Assembly: GCA_054600435.1 (NCBI GenBank)
Contig: BAAIJX010000088.1
Coordinates: 1 to 55,564, forward strand
Origin: Neophaeotheca triangularis
Lineage: Eukaryota
DNA length: 55,564 nt
Direction: 5' to 3'
This document shows, in pieces, positions 10,018 to 23,381 of the stretch. Position 1 is the first letter of the stretch; each line of letters opens with the position of its first letter. The notes beneath the pieces are model-generated. The model was not told the origin of the DNA, searched no databases, and worked only from the letters and a program-made list of their open reading frames with translations. The position numbers and the translations under genes are program-made.

Positions 10018-11702
10018 ATGTCCCTGTACAATTCGGGAAACGGCCTTCCTCAGAATGGCCTCCCGTCACCGCAGAACAATAACGTGGGTCCTCAGTCTTC
10101 TTCCTGTACCACGACGCAGCCATCGTCGACACTAACGAATCCCCACTCTAGGCTCAGATGGCCGGACCGACAGAGATGGGAGGCATGTTGGACCAGAACG
10201 GCAACGTCATGAACGGCATATCGGGCCTCGATATGGACATGAGCCTTCCCATGGACCTTGACCTCGACTTGACACAGGCAGACCCGCAGACCTTCACGCC
10301 CATGACCCAGAACCAATCACGGGACCAAAGCATGGCGACGGTGACATCAGCCAACAACAACGGCAATTATGGCATGCAACAGCAGCAGCAACAGCAGGTC
10401 GAGGCGCAAATGACGGGCGCCGGCGCAGGACCTCTACCTACGGGGTTCGGTATGAGTGCGCAAGGCAATACCAGCACCCTGACAGAATTCACGAAACGGA
10501 GGAATTGGTCGCAAAGGATCATAGAAGAGCTCAAGGACTTTCTACACATTCTGACTCCGGACGGGAGGATCCTGTACGTCTCGCCGTCCTGCCGGGGTAT
10601 CACAGGGTACGAGCCTCAGTCTCTCATAGGAAAATTCATTGGCGAGTACGTGCATCCGGACGATAGCGGCATCTTCATGCGCGAGTTCAACGAATCGATA
10701 GCATCGGGTAATAGTTTGCGCTTCTTCTACCGCTTCAAAAAGGACGACGGAACATATATGATCTTCGAATGTGATGGACACCCACACATATCACCAGAGA
10801 CGCAAGGGCAAGGTTTCGGGCCATCGCAGCAAAATGGAATGGCAGTGGCAGGAATATGTAGAGGCTTTTTCATGATGGCGCGACCCTATCCCACCAAAAA
10901 CGCCGCTCTTCTAGACTCTTTCCTCGAACACAAAATAGAAAATGAGCGTCTTATGAAACGCATCGACGAGCTGAAACGCGAAGAAATCGAGGAAACCGCC
11001 GAAGCCGACCGGCTCTACCGCGAACAAATCTCCCAAGGTAACAATAACCAAAACGCCTCCGAATCTCCCACCACCGGCCAGCGCCCCTCGGCCGACACCA
11101 CAAGCGATAACACCACCGGCGAAACCCCCAATTACCAAGGCATGCCTCCGCCCGCCAAACCCTCCGTCTCCAACACCCTGCTCACTCGGCAAAACCTCGA
11201 CTCTGCCCTCTCGGGCCAAAAAACCGACAGCATCGCGGACAAAATGTCGCGCTACGAAGCCTCTTCCACCCATCTCGAAAGCATCGAACTGCTAACAGGG
11301 CTACGCTACCGCGACGGCGAGCGCAGCCACGGTATCAGCACAGGCGACACCTCACCCGCCCTCATCCGCGGCGACGCCGGCATAGCAATCCTGCTCGACC
11401 GCGACCGCGAAAACAGCAAAAAGGAGAAGAAGAAGCTCAAAGTCGCCGATGAGTACGTGTGCGCAGATTGCGGGACGCTGGACTCGCCTGAATGGCGTAA
11501 GGGGCCAAAAGGGCCAAAGACGCTTTGTAATGCTTGCGGGCTAAGGTGGGCGAAGAAGGAGAAGAAGCGGACGGGCGATGATGGGAAGCCCAATGGTGGT
11601 AGCCCTGGGAGCATGGGCCCGCAGATGGGGAGTGTGCCTGGCTTGACGCTTAGCGGGCAGCCGCCGGGGTTGATGCATAATGCTAGTACTGGAAGTAGTT
11701 GA
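10018..11702 (+). CDS. wc-2: White Collar-2 / LreB PAS-GATA transcription factor; exons 10018-10083 and 10152-11702
   Basis: [33 protein letters not shown] domain, [28 protein letters not shown] finger [32 protein letters not shown]. Intron GTGGGT..CTAAC..TAG keeps frame. Confidence 0.95.
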
Positions 11703-12094
11703 GGGATGAGGTTTGGCTTGATGTATGTGTTTAATGGCTTTCATGTGTTGACGTAGAGGAACATCTTTCCCGCGGTTTGGCGCACGCTTAGACGGAAGGG
11801 GGTGTCGGGTGTTATGCGGTGTTCACTAAGGGAAGGGAAGACGAAGATGGGACGGCAACGGACTGCCTCTATCCAGATACCACTTTAGACAGATTTTGTG
11901 CTCATGCTAATTTTCAGATGATGCTACGCAAGAACAGCGGCGGGTGGGCGGGCAGGTAGGCAGGTAAGTAAGCAGGCAATCTTGCCAGAGCCGACCCCTT
12001 TCGCTCCAAACCCTCCCTCCTACAGCAAGAGGAAGCAAGAAACAGCACCCGCCGCAAACACCCCTCTCAACCACCACCCCTCACCTCCCAACCT

Positions 12095-13582
12095 TCACCC
12101 ACTACAAACCATCCCCTCCCCCTCCTGCCCAAGCGGCTGCGGAAAGAGTCCTTCCTCGATCAACAACAAAGCATCCCATTCGGGACTTCCCTCTGTTTTA
12201 AAATTCCAAAAAATCCACCCCTCGCTCCTCGCCTCAAAAGTCTCAATCTGCGTCTGCACATAGCGCCGCGTATCCTCCCGCATCTGCTCCGTCCAGCGCT
12301 CGATGAAATTCACATCCTCGCAACTACCCACGTAGAAACTGCCCGGGTAAGTGCCATCGTAGCGAGCACCTATACCGTAGCCGTTGAGAGCGGCCGCGCA
12401 ATCGGTCATGGCGCCCGACCACTCGCCGATAATGGTCCATTTGTCAGCTCCGTCGTAGACAGCCGCTTGCGCGCAGACGAGGTCGAGGTGCTCAGACGGC
12501 GAGAGCGCGACGAGAGCCGGTATGAAGACTTGGTATTCGTGGTGGTCGAGAGCGACGTTTTGAGAGTCGTTGTCCGAGGGCGTTAGGAAGCCGTTGTAGC
12601 TGCTGGGCGGGTAGAAGGCGTCGGAGATGACGACGACGCGGCTTGCGGAGGACTTGCGTTGTTGGGCGAAGGCCGCGCGGTTGAAGGTTTCGATTTGGGA
12701 GAGGTCGAGTTCAGGGCCCAGGGGTTCGTTGAGGAATTGAACCCCGGCGATTACGTCGTCGTAGCTTGGGTTGCCATAGTGGTCTTGGATCTTCTGGAGG
12801 ACGCGGAGGGTGCGCTCTACCGTGTCGTTTTGCCGCCAGCCGGGAACATCGACCTTCTGGCCGCTGTTGTCGAAACCCTGTTGTGAATCGTTAGTAGACC
12901 GTCTCAAGTAACTCCAAAGATCAGATAGCGATTCTCAGCCAGGGAAGCAACTCACATTTTGACTCCCGGGCGCTCCATGCAGATCTACAATCACCTTCAA
13001 CCCCAAATCTCTCGCCCACTCAACAGCAGCTTCCAAATACGGCGCCGCGCCACTTGCATAGGGCGAGTCCTCCCTGCCCTCGTCCTCAAACGCCCAGAAC
13101 CCAATCGGAATTCTCACAAGGTTGAAACCGGCTTCAGCGATCCTCTCGAAATCCTCAAAACGCGCCCAGCTGTCCCAGTGAGGTTTCAGGACTTCGTCGT
13201 GGGCGCGTGAGGCCCCAAGGGTTTCGCAGAGCGTGTATTCGTCGATGATGCCGGCGCTCATGGGAAATTGTTGGAAGATCGAGGGGGTGATCCATGGCTA
13301 TGACATACGATGCGTGGTTAGTTGAAGAAGAGGTGGGTTAGGATTGTAGGCGTGGCTCACTTCTAGCAAGAGCCAGCCGCCGATGTTGACGCCGCGGATC
13401 TTTTCCTCGCCCCAGGCGAAACCGCTTGGGCCTTTGCGCTTAGTGAACTGGGTTCTAAGGGCAAAGCGAACAATTAGCTTTATCAAATCTGGTGGTTATT
13501 CGTGGTCAAGATAATAGACTTACGGAGCGCAAAGGATGAGAGGGATGGCGCAGAGCGCCAGCATAATCTGCTTTAGGGACAT
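12095..13582 (-). CDS. Secreted GH5 exo-beta-1,3-glucanase (Exg1-like); exons 13524-13582, 13361-13454, 12956-13297, 12095-12877
   Basis: Signal peptide MSLKQIMLALCAIPLILCAP, RGVNIGGWLLLEPWITPS, VRIPIGFW, DLHGAPGSQNGFDNSG, LNEP, DHHEYQVF, IIGEWS, GWIFWNFKTE. Three canonical introns join the ORF pieces in frame. Confidence 0.93.
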
Positions 13583-14679
13583 GCTCGATTGACCTCCAGT
13601 GCTGAAATCTTGTGGTTCGTTGTTGTCGTGCAGATGTTTTGAAATCAAGTCGAAGCCTCGTTTACCGGAACGCTTTGGGGGCGTGAAACCTGAAAGCGAA
13701 GGGAAGTTATGCAAAGAAGGTAATGAGAGGGAGGCAAGGCGAAGCTTCGTAAGGTAGACGTTTGGCGATCGGCCAAGGATTGCTACTGAGGAATGTGGAA
13801 TGCCCAGGTGCTTGGGTGCCTCAATCTCGTATGGTGTGACCTCACGCAATGGGTATAGGTGGGTCTCGACGGTGACGAATGCCGTGATTGTCTTGCTCGG
13901 TAGACTGGATTGGAAGTGAATTAGATGGGTATTGAAGAAGAGACTATTGACTGCTCAACGTGCTGGGAGTGTATGGGTATGCTGGTAAGTGAAGTCAAGT
14001 AAGTGGTCTGTGAAGTTGAGGTTCTTAGACGGAGGAAACAGGGCATCGAGAGAACCTTGGAACATCTTTGAGACACTTACCACGCACCTACCCGATTACC
14101 CCATTGGCAATGACGAGGCAGTTACACTTCCATGCTTGGCGAAGCGTGGAAGACGAAAGGAGCAATCAAGGCCACACGTCTTCTGGCAGGCGAGTCGTAC
14201 AAGATGGCTTATGTACGACGACTTTGACATCCGGTTTTCCGTGACGATCGACGACATGGCTTTCTTTTCTCGAGACGAATACAATAAGACTGATGCCGGC
14301 CAGTGCCATGATATGTTTGCTTATCCTCAATCCAGTAACCCTTGAGTGACCTCCAGCTGTAGGTGTGTTGCCGACGTGGAAGACAACGACCAGTCGCGCA
14401 GCTAAGGCCGAGAAAAGGAGAGCGCCTAGTCTTAACGAGCGCCGGCAAACGCCTTTGTTACTTGTATAGTACATTGTCGAGATACACGACGGCATCTGGC
14501 AGCCGTTTGCTCAAGCTCGTCTGCGCAGCGGTCTAAGGGGCGCTAAAGGTCCTTCAATCTTCGACCAAGAAGACAAACTTCAATGCACCTCATTGAAGCC
14601 TCAACAGGCCTTCCCTAGGCCGACCCAAAAGCGCCAAGAAACGCCTTGAGTGATCACCGCGCTGCCGTACTGTCCCCTT

Positions 14680-17105
14680 TCACCTCCCACGTCCAAGATA
14701 GCTCCTTCCGAACCCGCCCACAGCATCTCCGCCCAAGCCCCCATACCCATCCATTCCGCCCTGATCGCCCAGACTCCTCGCCTCGCGCTGCGCAACCTGC
14801 ACCTGCTGCTGCAGGCCCGCGGCGCCCTCGTCGATAGCCTGCAACTGCGTCAAGTGGCCGTTAAGTACGCGGACAATCTGGCTGAGTGGGTCATCCATAG
14901 CGGCGGCGTTGGTGGACGAGCCTCCAGAAGCGGAGGTGTTGGAGTTGAGCTTGGCGGAAGCCGAGTTGACTTCCTCGACCATTGAGGTCAAAGATTTAGA
15001 CATTTCCGTAAGACGCGAGGTACATTCTTCGGCTGCGCGGTATCTATAATTGGTTTGTTAGCGAAGACACAACACATTAAGCAGTAAGTGGCTGATTTGT
15101 TGGAGACTTACGTCCGCTCTCTCTCTCCGTTCGCACCTCCGACGTCTCCCATACCTTCGCCGACACCCGCTTGCTCCATCATGTTGTCCACTTCATTCTC
15201 ATACCTGTCTAGAAGCGCTTCCAGGTCGAATTGCTGTTGTGTGACATTGCCCAATTGCCTCTCCACTTCGGTGCAATCTCTCTCGGCTTGGAAGCATCGC
15301 CCATACACCGCAGAGATCTTGCTGCTGTTCTCTACAATTTGCCTATCCCACGCCGAGACTTGGTTCGCTAAGCTTTGGAAAGATTTTTGGTGCGAAGCGA
15401 GAGAGGTGGACCAGGTTGTGAGAATGTCGGACATGGACTTTTGAGCCAGGCGAGAAGAAGGCGGGGCATTGGCTGTGCTGGCATGGTTTTGTGTCTGGGT
15501 TTGTCCTTGAGTCTGAGATTGTGCCGTGGCGCCGGTCGCGCCGAATGTGTTGGAGGATTGCGGCTTGCTTGTTTCGGTCGAGGTGTCCTTCTTTTCACCG
15601 CCTCCGAAGAGCCCGCCGCCACTGGATGGTGTGTCTTTCTTCTCACCACCTCCGAACAGTCCGCCACCAGTGGACGGCGTGTCTTTTTTCTCACCGCTTC
15701 CAAACAGCCCTCCACTGGCCGGTGCGTCTTTCTTTTGTGCAGCAGCTCCAAATGCTGCGCCGGTGTTGGAAGCACCAAAGCCTGCCGTCCCGTTGTTCCT
15801 GGATTCTGAGGTGGTGGTTGCCGGTTTTGCGCCGAACAGTCCGCCTCCTGCACCACTTGTGCCAGTGGTAGCGTTGTTTGCGGATTCTGATGTTGTCGTC
15901 GACGCAGGCTTAGCCCCGAAAAGGCCTCCACCACCAAGTGTAGGTGCAGGCTTTGATGCGTCGGCGCCGGAGCTGGGAGCGCTACTGGTAGTGGCCGCGC
16001 CACCGAAAAGGTTGGACGCACTCGAGGTAGTTGCCGTCGATGCCGCAGGTGGGTTACCCGTGCTAGCGCCAAAGAGTCCTCCTCCCGAATTAGCACTTGT
16101 TCCGGCCTGAGAAGTCGCTGCACCAGTTGATGCCGGGGCAGAAGTGTCTTTGCTGGCATCTTTGTTGCTGCTCAGACCGCCAAAAAGATTGCTGGCACCT
16201 GAGCCGGCCCCCTGGCTGGTGGGAGCTTTGAACCCGCCGCCAAAAAGTGATGATCCACTCTGAGCTGGCGCCTGACTGCTTGGAGTCTGGGAAGTGTTTG
16301 TGTTGGAGCCTGCACCGCCGCCTGGTGTGAACCCACCGAATGATGGTTTCGGGTCGGCGTCTGGCTTCGTTCCACCAAACAAGTTTCCGCTGCTATCTGG
16401 TGCCTTGTTCTCCGATTTCTGCTGCCCGCCGAAGAGGTTGCTGCCACCAGTGCTTGCTCCCGCTCCTCCAAATATACTAGGCTGAGGTGGGTTGCCAGCT
16501 GGAGTGGTCGATGGCAAGAACGAAGTCTTGTTCGCTTGCGGTGTGCTCGAGCTCTCATTGCTCTTGTTTGGCAATGCTCCGAAAAGACCGCCCGAGCTTG
16601 AAGGAGGGTTTGAAGCAGTCGCAGCACCTCCACCGAATGCTCCTCCACCAGATGTGTTGTTCGAGCCAAACAGGTTGGAGCCACCTTGAGTGGTAGCGGG
16701 AGAGCTAGCTCCGAACAGGCCACCCCCACCCTGAGCGTTTGGCGTAGTCGAACCGCTCTGAGAATTGTCTGCTGGCTTGCCGAAGCTGAATCCTCCTTTT
16801 GATGCGTTTCCACCTGCACCGCCAAACGGATTGGATGTGCCCCCCGTTGCTCCTCCTTCTCCTCCACCAAAAAGACCCCCACCGCTCAAGCCTTGAGTGT
16901 TGCTGCTGTTATTCGCGGTCGCACCAAAGATGCTGCTCCCTGACTGGCCGGATGTCGTCGTTGGAGTGCCGGCACCACTCGGGGCGCCGAAAGGTGTCGG
17001 TGTGCCTGATCCTCCCCCGAAGAGACTGCTGCCCTTATTATTGTCGGTGTTATTGTTGTTGCCGCTGCCAAAGATCCCGCCGAACTTAGGTGGATCGTTA
17101 GACAT
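14680..17105 (-). CDS. NSP1: FG-repeat nucleoporin Nsp1/Nup62; exons 15112-17105 and 14680-15043
   Basis: Many LFG/FG repeats followed by the Nsp1_C coiled coil (KSMSDILTTWSTSL..QVSAWDRQIVENSSKI..ERERTY..DPLSQIVRVLNGHLTQLQAID). Intron GTAAGT..GCTAAC..TAG. Confidence 0.93.
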
Positions 17106-17360
17106 GTTTGCGGCGGTCGAGATGGTTGTAGGGCCTTCAATGTATTCAGGCGCGTGCATGAAGCTTCAATCTTGTGCTTTTAGAGAACGCGTGAAGCTCC
17201 AGAGTCGTTGCGACGGGAGGGCCCGCGCTTGCTTACTAATCAACGCGACTTCACGTCTCCCCTTCCCTCGTGTCACTAAGACAACCCCCCGCCATATCCA
17301 AAACACACCTCTGCTACCGTTAGAGTTATCATAACCAAGACTGGTGGTCGGTCGGACAGT

Positions 17361-19212
17361 ATGGAGGAGCCAAAAGAAGAAGGTAAGCTGAAACTTCGTA
17401 CCTCACTCGTCCTTCAGTGAACGACCGTCCATCGACTCTTGCGACTATGCGACGGCTGGAGTCTGGAACCTGCGCGATCCCGCAACACGTTCCATGAACA
17501 CCAAATCCTTTACGTTCTGGAGGCTGTTGGAGCTCGGGCGCCATACTGTACTGAAGCTGGAAGCTGGCATGGCGCCGGGATCGAGCATAGCAAGATGCTA
17601 GGAGCTGTATTAGCTGTACATGGATTCGAATCGTTCGGAGAGCTTGATCACGGAGAGGGTGCTGGAGACACGGGCGCCGCACGGAGAAAAGACCTATGCG
17701 CTTATCAGGCACATGGAATTGGCCGAAGTGAACGCCTTACTACACGAGGTCGCGGAATGCACGACACCCGAGAATCGCGTGCGCAGCGAGACCTGAAACC
17801 CTTTTGTGGATGTCAGAGCCTAGGGCTGCGCACAAGAGGAATGCATGTATTTACGAGTAATAAGCGCCTATGCTGACTCTGTGCGATTAGTAACGAAACG
17901 AAAGGCTGAATCCACGAACGGCGATAGCATCACCAACGGCGAGGATGGCCATCCAGCGAAACGGTTCAAAGCCTCCGCTTCTCCTGCAGTCGACGTCCCA
18001 GAGACGAATGGCGATACAGTAGCTTCGCCTAAGCCTGCGCCAGCTTCTGCTCCTGCTGTTCCGTTCCCCGAGAAGCCTGCTGTGCTCGAAGAGCGCAATG
18101 GTGATATTTCTTTCCGTGTGGTCAACAACGATCGCAAGCCGGAGTCGATGATCATTCTTACAGGCCTCAAATGCATATTCCAGAAACAACTCCCCAAAAT
18201 GCCAAAGGATTACATTGCGCGCTTGGTCTATGACCGCACTCATCTCAGCATTGCCATCGTAAAGCGACCTCCAGACGGTAGCTACGCCGCAGCTTCGAAC
18301 ATGCCAGGCGAAATAGTCGGAGGGATAACCTACCGTCCTTTCAAAGGCCGTCAATTTGCCGAGATTGTCTTTTGTGCTATCAGCAGTGACCAGCAAGTCA
18401 AAGGCTACGGTGCGCATCTGATGAGCCATCTCAAGGACTACGTCAAAGCAACCTCGGATGTGATGCACTTCCTAACCTATGCGGACAATTACGCTATCGG
18501 CTATTTCAAAAAGCAAGGCTTCACCAAGGAAATCACGCTCGACAAACCCAAATGGATGGGCTACATCAAAGACTACGAAGGCGGCACAATCATGCAATGC
18601 TCTATGCTGCCCAAAATCCGCTATCTCGAATCCGGCCGCCTACTTCTCAAGCAAAAAGCCGCCGTGCACGCCAAGATTCGCGCCGTGTCTCGTTCGTACG
18701 AAATTCACCAAGCGCCAGCTCAATTCCGCAAAGCTAAGCCCGGCTCCAAACTTCCTGAAATCGACCCCCTCGCCATCGATGCTATCAAGGCTACCGGCTG
18801 GAGCCCAGACATGGACATGCTAGCGCGCCAACCCCGCCGTAACCCCTCCCATTCCATACTACTCCAACTTCTCAGCGGTCTGCAACAATCCTCCAATGCC
18901 TGGCCTTTTCTACAACCCGTCAATGGTGAAGAAGTTCATGATTACTTCGATGTCATCAAAGAGCCCATGGATCTCTCGACCATGGAGTCGAAATTGGAAA
19001 AGGACCAGTACGAGAATGTGGAAGACTTTGTCCGCGATATTTTGTTGCTCGTCAGAAACTGCAAGCGTTACAATGCGGAAAACACCGTCTATGCCAAGGC
19101 CGCGAATAAGCTGGAGAAGGAGATGTGGAAAAAGATCAGGGACGTGCCTGAGTGGAGTTATCTGGAGCCAGACAGTTTCGAGAGCACCAATCGTAAGGAC
19201 GGGGAGCATTAG
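17361..19212 (+). CDS. GCN5: Histone acetyltransferase Gcn5; exons 17361-17382 and 17891-19212
   Basis: GNAT domain ([53 protein letters not shown]) plus C-terminal bromodomain. Exon 1 ATGGAGGAGCCAAAAGAAGAAG|GTAAG joins in frame to GCTGAC..TAG|TAACG, giving MEEPKEEVTKRKA. The exon 1 assignment is inferred. Confidence 0.95.
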
Positions 19213-20851
19213 TTCCAGCGGATGGAGTGAGTGGATTTCTTTTGGCGAATATCTTGACTAAAAAGAGGATGTAGCGCCTGCAGATTCTGCGCCTTTCAGC
19301 AAAGCAGAGACTCCGCGGACACGCAGTGGCAGAACAACACGTTCGAAATGAGAGGCGAGGCGTTTATGGTTTACGAGACTAGGGGGCTGGCGAATCGGAT
19401 GAGATACCCACAGCTGCTGCAAATCAAGTTTTTCAGTATGTCGTTTAGAATGGCAAATCCCATTTGGACCTTGAGCGATCCTACCCTCTTCGATACTGTA
19501 TTGCTTGTATCGATGATACCTCGCTCCTTTCCCCACTGATAGTCAAGCGATGGCGCTCAACAAGGTGGTCAGCGACCGAGCTGCCAAGTCACCGCCAAAA
19601 CACGAGCAACAAGCGAACGAGCATGCTATGAGTATCTCCTCTGAGCGAGCGAGCTACCTGTTTCCGCTGAGACTTGCGACGAGCATACCTCTTGCTTGTT
19701 GTTCGCTCGTCCGTTGACCGCTGGCGCTCAATGCCTGCTTGCACTTCGACATCGCTTTTCGTTGGTGCGCGAGACCTAGCGATAGATGGTGCAGTGGACA
19801 CTTCTCTACTCGGGTCTGTGTTGAAGTGATTGGTCTGGTAGGGCCCATTTGCGAACATGTCTACATACTAATCTAATCCTGAACAATATTACGACTGCTA
19901 GACCGTAAATAGAGGTCTGGAGGTAGACGGTCAGCAGCTTACAACCAAATCTTACGCCGGCGCGCTTGTTCTGGACAGACCCTCCACACGGAACCTTCAC
20001 ACAGATATGACACCTCGCCTTCGCTATCGGCCTTGGATCCAGAAATGGGTATATAGCAGGGTGAGGTCGGCGAGAAAGAGAGGTTGCATCCGAGATGTTG
20101 CTATTTGCATCTCACGCTTAGCCTGATCAGGCTAGCTTGCTTGCTCTTTTTCGCGGCAAGGCTGACAACGTCCCATCAAACCTTCAGCTGAGGTACCAAC
20201 GTCAAAAGTACATGATTGTACAATGTACCTATACCCGACTAATTACATGTGACGACCACGTGGACGCCGACTCTAGTCTTCGGCGACACCGCATTCGTCG
20301 GTCTACAATTCCCGCAAGGGAAACCATGCGGAACGCACGAGGCTACGAGTTTTTGAAAGACACCCATGGGATCTACCCATGGCACACCCGTGACACGGCC
20401 CAACGCCAGATGGCAAGGTCGCTGAAAATATCACAGAGAAATTATTCATCACCTGTCAACTTTAGCTTTGAGGCGCAGACGATCAGCAGCGTACTCGTAT
20501 GTTTCGCGGGACAGGCAAAGAATATTTCTGTCTTGGAGAGGTACCATGGATTCCTTCGTGAGCGCAGCGAACCACGCTCTTGCGAACCTCGATCAGAGAA
20601 CCACGTTCGTGTCATCCTGGCGCATCGTAGCATCGTAGAAACTTGAAGGTGTATGGTTGTGGGTATATGAAGGCGCAAGCATCCTGTCTCCTGTCACATC
20701 TCCCCTTCTATCCAGCATCAACGTCTTCCTTACTGTCTTTGCTTTAATATCACACTCGCTTCGACAGTCACCGTCGCTTGGCTTCACTCATCTGTCTCTC
20801 CAAAATCTCATCGATATCTCTGGGTTTGTCAAGCACCGATACAGCAATAGA

Positions 20852-22831
20852 ATGTACAGCACCCTTTCCTTCTTCGCCATCCTTGGCACGGCCTCGGCTT
20901 TGTCTGGTTATTCGGACACGCCTCCAGCATACCCAACTGGCTACGTCTCCAGCAGTACGACTTCGACGCTGGAGCCCCACCTGCCACCGTCTTACGTTCA
21001 GAGCAGCTCACCCATTGAGAGCCTGGAGGTTTACCCCACCACGACGAATTCTGAATCGACGCCCCCAGTGTACCCAACTGGCTACGCTTCGAGCAGCACG
21101 TCTTCAGCGCCTGAGCCGTACTTGCCACCTCCCTATGGTCAGAGCAGCTCGTTGACTAGGAGCATTGAGACTCATTCGACGACCACGTCGACTCTGGAGC
21201 CGTACTTGCCTCCGATTTACGGCCAAAGCAGCTCGTCCACCGAGAGCATTGAGACGTACCCTGCTACAACGTCCACTCTTGAGCCGTACTTGCCTCCATC
21301 CTACGGTCAGGACAGCTCGTTTACGGACAGCATCAAGACTTATTCAGTCACCACGAACTCCGCATCGATGCCTCCAGTTTACCCAGGACAGGCCAGCTCG
21401 TCAACTGAGAGCATCAAGACGTACCCTCTCACAACGAGCTCCGATGTCAAGAACCCTGTCTACCCGACTGGCTACGTGAGTCACAGCTCTGAGTCTTTGA
21501 CGAGCTCCACTCAAAACATAACGAGCCACCCAACGGCGTACACGCAAACCTCTTCCATTTCGTCCGCCCTCACTTCCAGCAGCCATGAGAGCCCTTCCAG
21601 GAGCGCATCTGCAAACAGTACTACCGGCAGTCCTACGAACAGCTACTCCATTCCGCCAGTCTATACAACGATCACCACTACCTCGCCATGCCCTGTCACC
21701 CACACGTCTGGCACTAAGACTTGGACCGACACTACGACCAGCACTCTGACTATCACTTCTTGCAAGAGTGGTTGCAGTGGTCATGAATATTCCACCAGCT
21801 CATACGCCAACGGCACTACTGTCCACCCAACTACCACCGAGTCGATCCCACCAGTCTACACCACCATTACCACTACCTCTCCCTGCCCTGTCACCCATAC
21901 CTCTGGCGATAAAACTTGGACCGATACCACAACTAGCATAATCACCCTCACCTCATGCAAGAGCGGATGCGGTGATAATGAATACCCTCAGACTTCCACC
22001 AAGTCCCACGGTACTGGGATCTCGCCTCCCAAGTATACTACTTTCACTACTACGACCATCTGCCCTATTACCACTACTACTGGTCAGTCGACATATACTA
22101 CGGAGACCACTAGCACGGTTACGGTCACGTCTTGCACAGCTGGCTGCAACAGTCATCCTACCGGATATACCATCAAGTCCAGCGACCACAGCAAGCCGCC
22201 TGTCGAAACGCCAACGACTCACTACATCCCAGGTTCGACCACCAGGGTCATCACCTACACTACTGTCCACCCTACGACGTCGACCAAGACAAAGTTTGTC
22301 CCTTGCAGCAGCGCTGTCGGCACCAGCAGTGGCACGACCTACTACTCGACCTCTTTGACCACGACTCGCATCCCTATTACCTACATGACTACCGAGACGA
22401 TTAGCTACGTTGCCTACCCTAGCCACAAGCCGACCGACAACCCCCACCTAAGTGACTACCCCGGAAACCACGTGGTTCCCTCCAAGGAGCCCATCAGCTA
22501 CGTCCACCCAGAACAAGCCACCTCAACTCAAGCCCACCCCATCGAAGGCACCTGCCCGCCTAAGGAGACGACTACCATCTACAAAGACGGACCCTGCCCC
22601 ACTCAAGCAACATTGACAATTTTCTCCGTCTCCACCGTCTACGGCGGCATGCACCCCCCACCTTCCAACAAGGCGACCGACTCCGCTGACACAACGCCAA
22701 CTACCTCGAACAAGAGACTCCCACCCTACCCTACCAAGAGCTCTGGCGGTCATGAGGGCTCTTCAGTCTATCCTACCGGCTCCGGCGCTCCTCACTACGG
22801 TCCCTGGACCACCAAGTCGTCGCTGTCGTAG
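20852..22831 (+). CDS. Secreted Ser/Thr/Pro-rich repeat protein (putative cell-wall mannoprotein or adhesin-like)
   Basis: Signal peptide MYSTLSFFAILGTASALS, tandem EPYLPPxYGQSSS repeats, and three Cys-containing YTT..CP..TSC..GC repeats. Confidence 0.8.
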   Translation: MYSTLSFFAILGTASALSGYSDTPPAYPTGYVSSSTTSTLEPHLPPSYVQSSSPIESLEVYPTTTNSESTPPVYPTGYASSSTSSAPEPYLPPPYGQSSSLTRSIETHSTTTSTLEPYLPPIYGQSSSSTESIETYPATTSTLEPYLPPSYGQDSSFTDSIKTYSVTTNSASMPPVYPGQASSSTESIKTYPLTTSSDVKNPVYPTGYVSHSSESLTSSTQNITSHPTAYTQTSSISSALTSSSHESPSRSASANSTTGSPTNSYSIPPVYTTITTTSPCPVTHTSGTKTWTDTTTSTLTITSCKSGCSGHEYSTSSYANGTTVHPTTTESIPPVYTTITTTSPCPVTHTSGDKTWTDTTTSIITLTSCKSGCGDNEYPQTSTKSHGTGISPPKYTTFTTTTICPITTTTGQSTYTTETTSTVTVTSCTAGCNSHPTGYTIKSSDHSKPPVETPTTHYIPGSTTRVITYTTVHPTTSTKTKFVPCSSAVGTSSGTTYYSTSLTTTRIPITYMTTETISYVAYPSHKPTDNPHLSDYPGNHVVPSKEPISYVHPEQATSTQAHPIEGTCPPKETTTIYKDGPCPTQATLTIFSVSTVYGGMHPPPSNKATDSADTTPTTSNKRLPPYPTKSSGGHEGSSVYPTGSGAPHYGPWTTKSSLS

Positions 22832-23381
22832 TACGCTGGGCCCACGCTTAAGTATAGCGAATACTGATTGGGCTATCTTTGATGCGGATTGCGATAGATT
22901 ATAGAGCTCCACAGCAGGTGGTTTTTCTTGCATTGCTTTTTTCTACATGTTTGTTCGCAACACTCTTTTGAAGACGATTTTGTGAGCATGGGGGTTGGGA
23001 GTATGTTTTGGCTGCTAGGATCGATCTTGTTCAAGTTTTATAATTAATCTGTAGATTCATTTCGCCGTACAACATATGCTTCGTTCAAAGTCGAGAATGT
23101 CAATGAAATCTTCGATAGAATCTCTACAGTATTTTTATGTGAATGGATCCTGTTATTAGTTATATGTTGTGAAGCTTAGCGGCCCGTAGGCAACAGCTCA
23201 AACCGAATCCGAATCCAATGGCTTCGGGGGAATCTCAAAGCTGTCCACTTCCAAGCACCCGCAAGCTCCCAAACATCCCCCACAACCACCTCAATATTGA
23301 CCTCAATCCCACACACACACGCACACATCACAAACCAAGACGCAAGCAAGCAAGCAAGCCAAACTTCCCTCACCACCCTAA

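Noticed and set aside
15575..15740. Three to four near-identical KKDTPSxGGGLFGGGE DNA repeats
   Set aside because: These are normal FG-repeat expansions inside NSP1.
17439..17876. 145-aa ORF upstream of the main GCN5 exon as a separate gene
   Set aside because: It has a non-ATG start and no recognisable motif, and it lies within the inferred GCN5 first intron.
19300..20650. ORFs of 60-170 aa between GCN5 and the secreted repeat protein
   Set aside because: They have no homology cues or coding-like bias. The region is more simply a long promoter, with a TATA-like TATATAG at about 20050.
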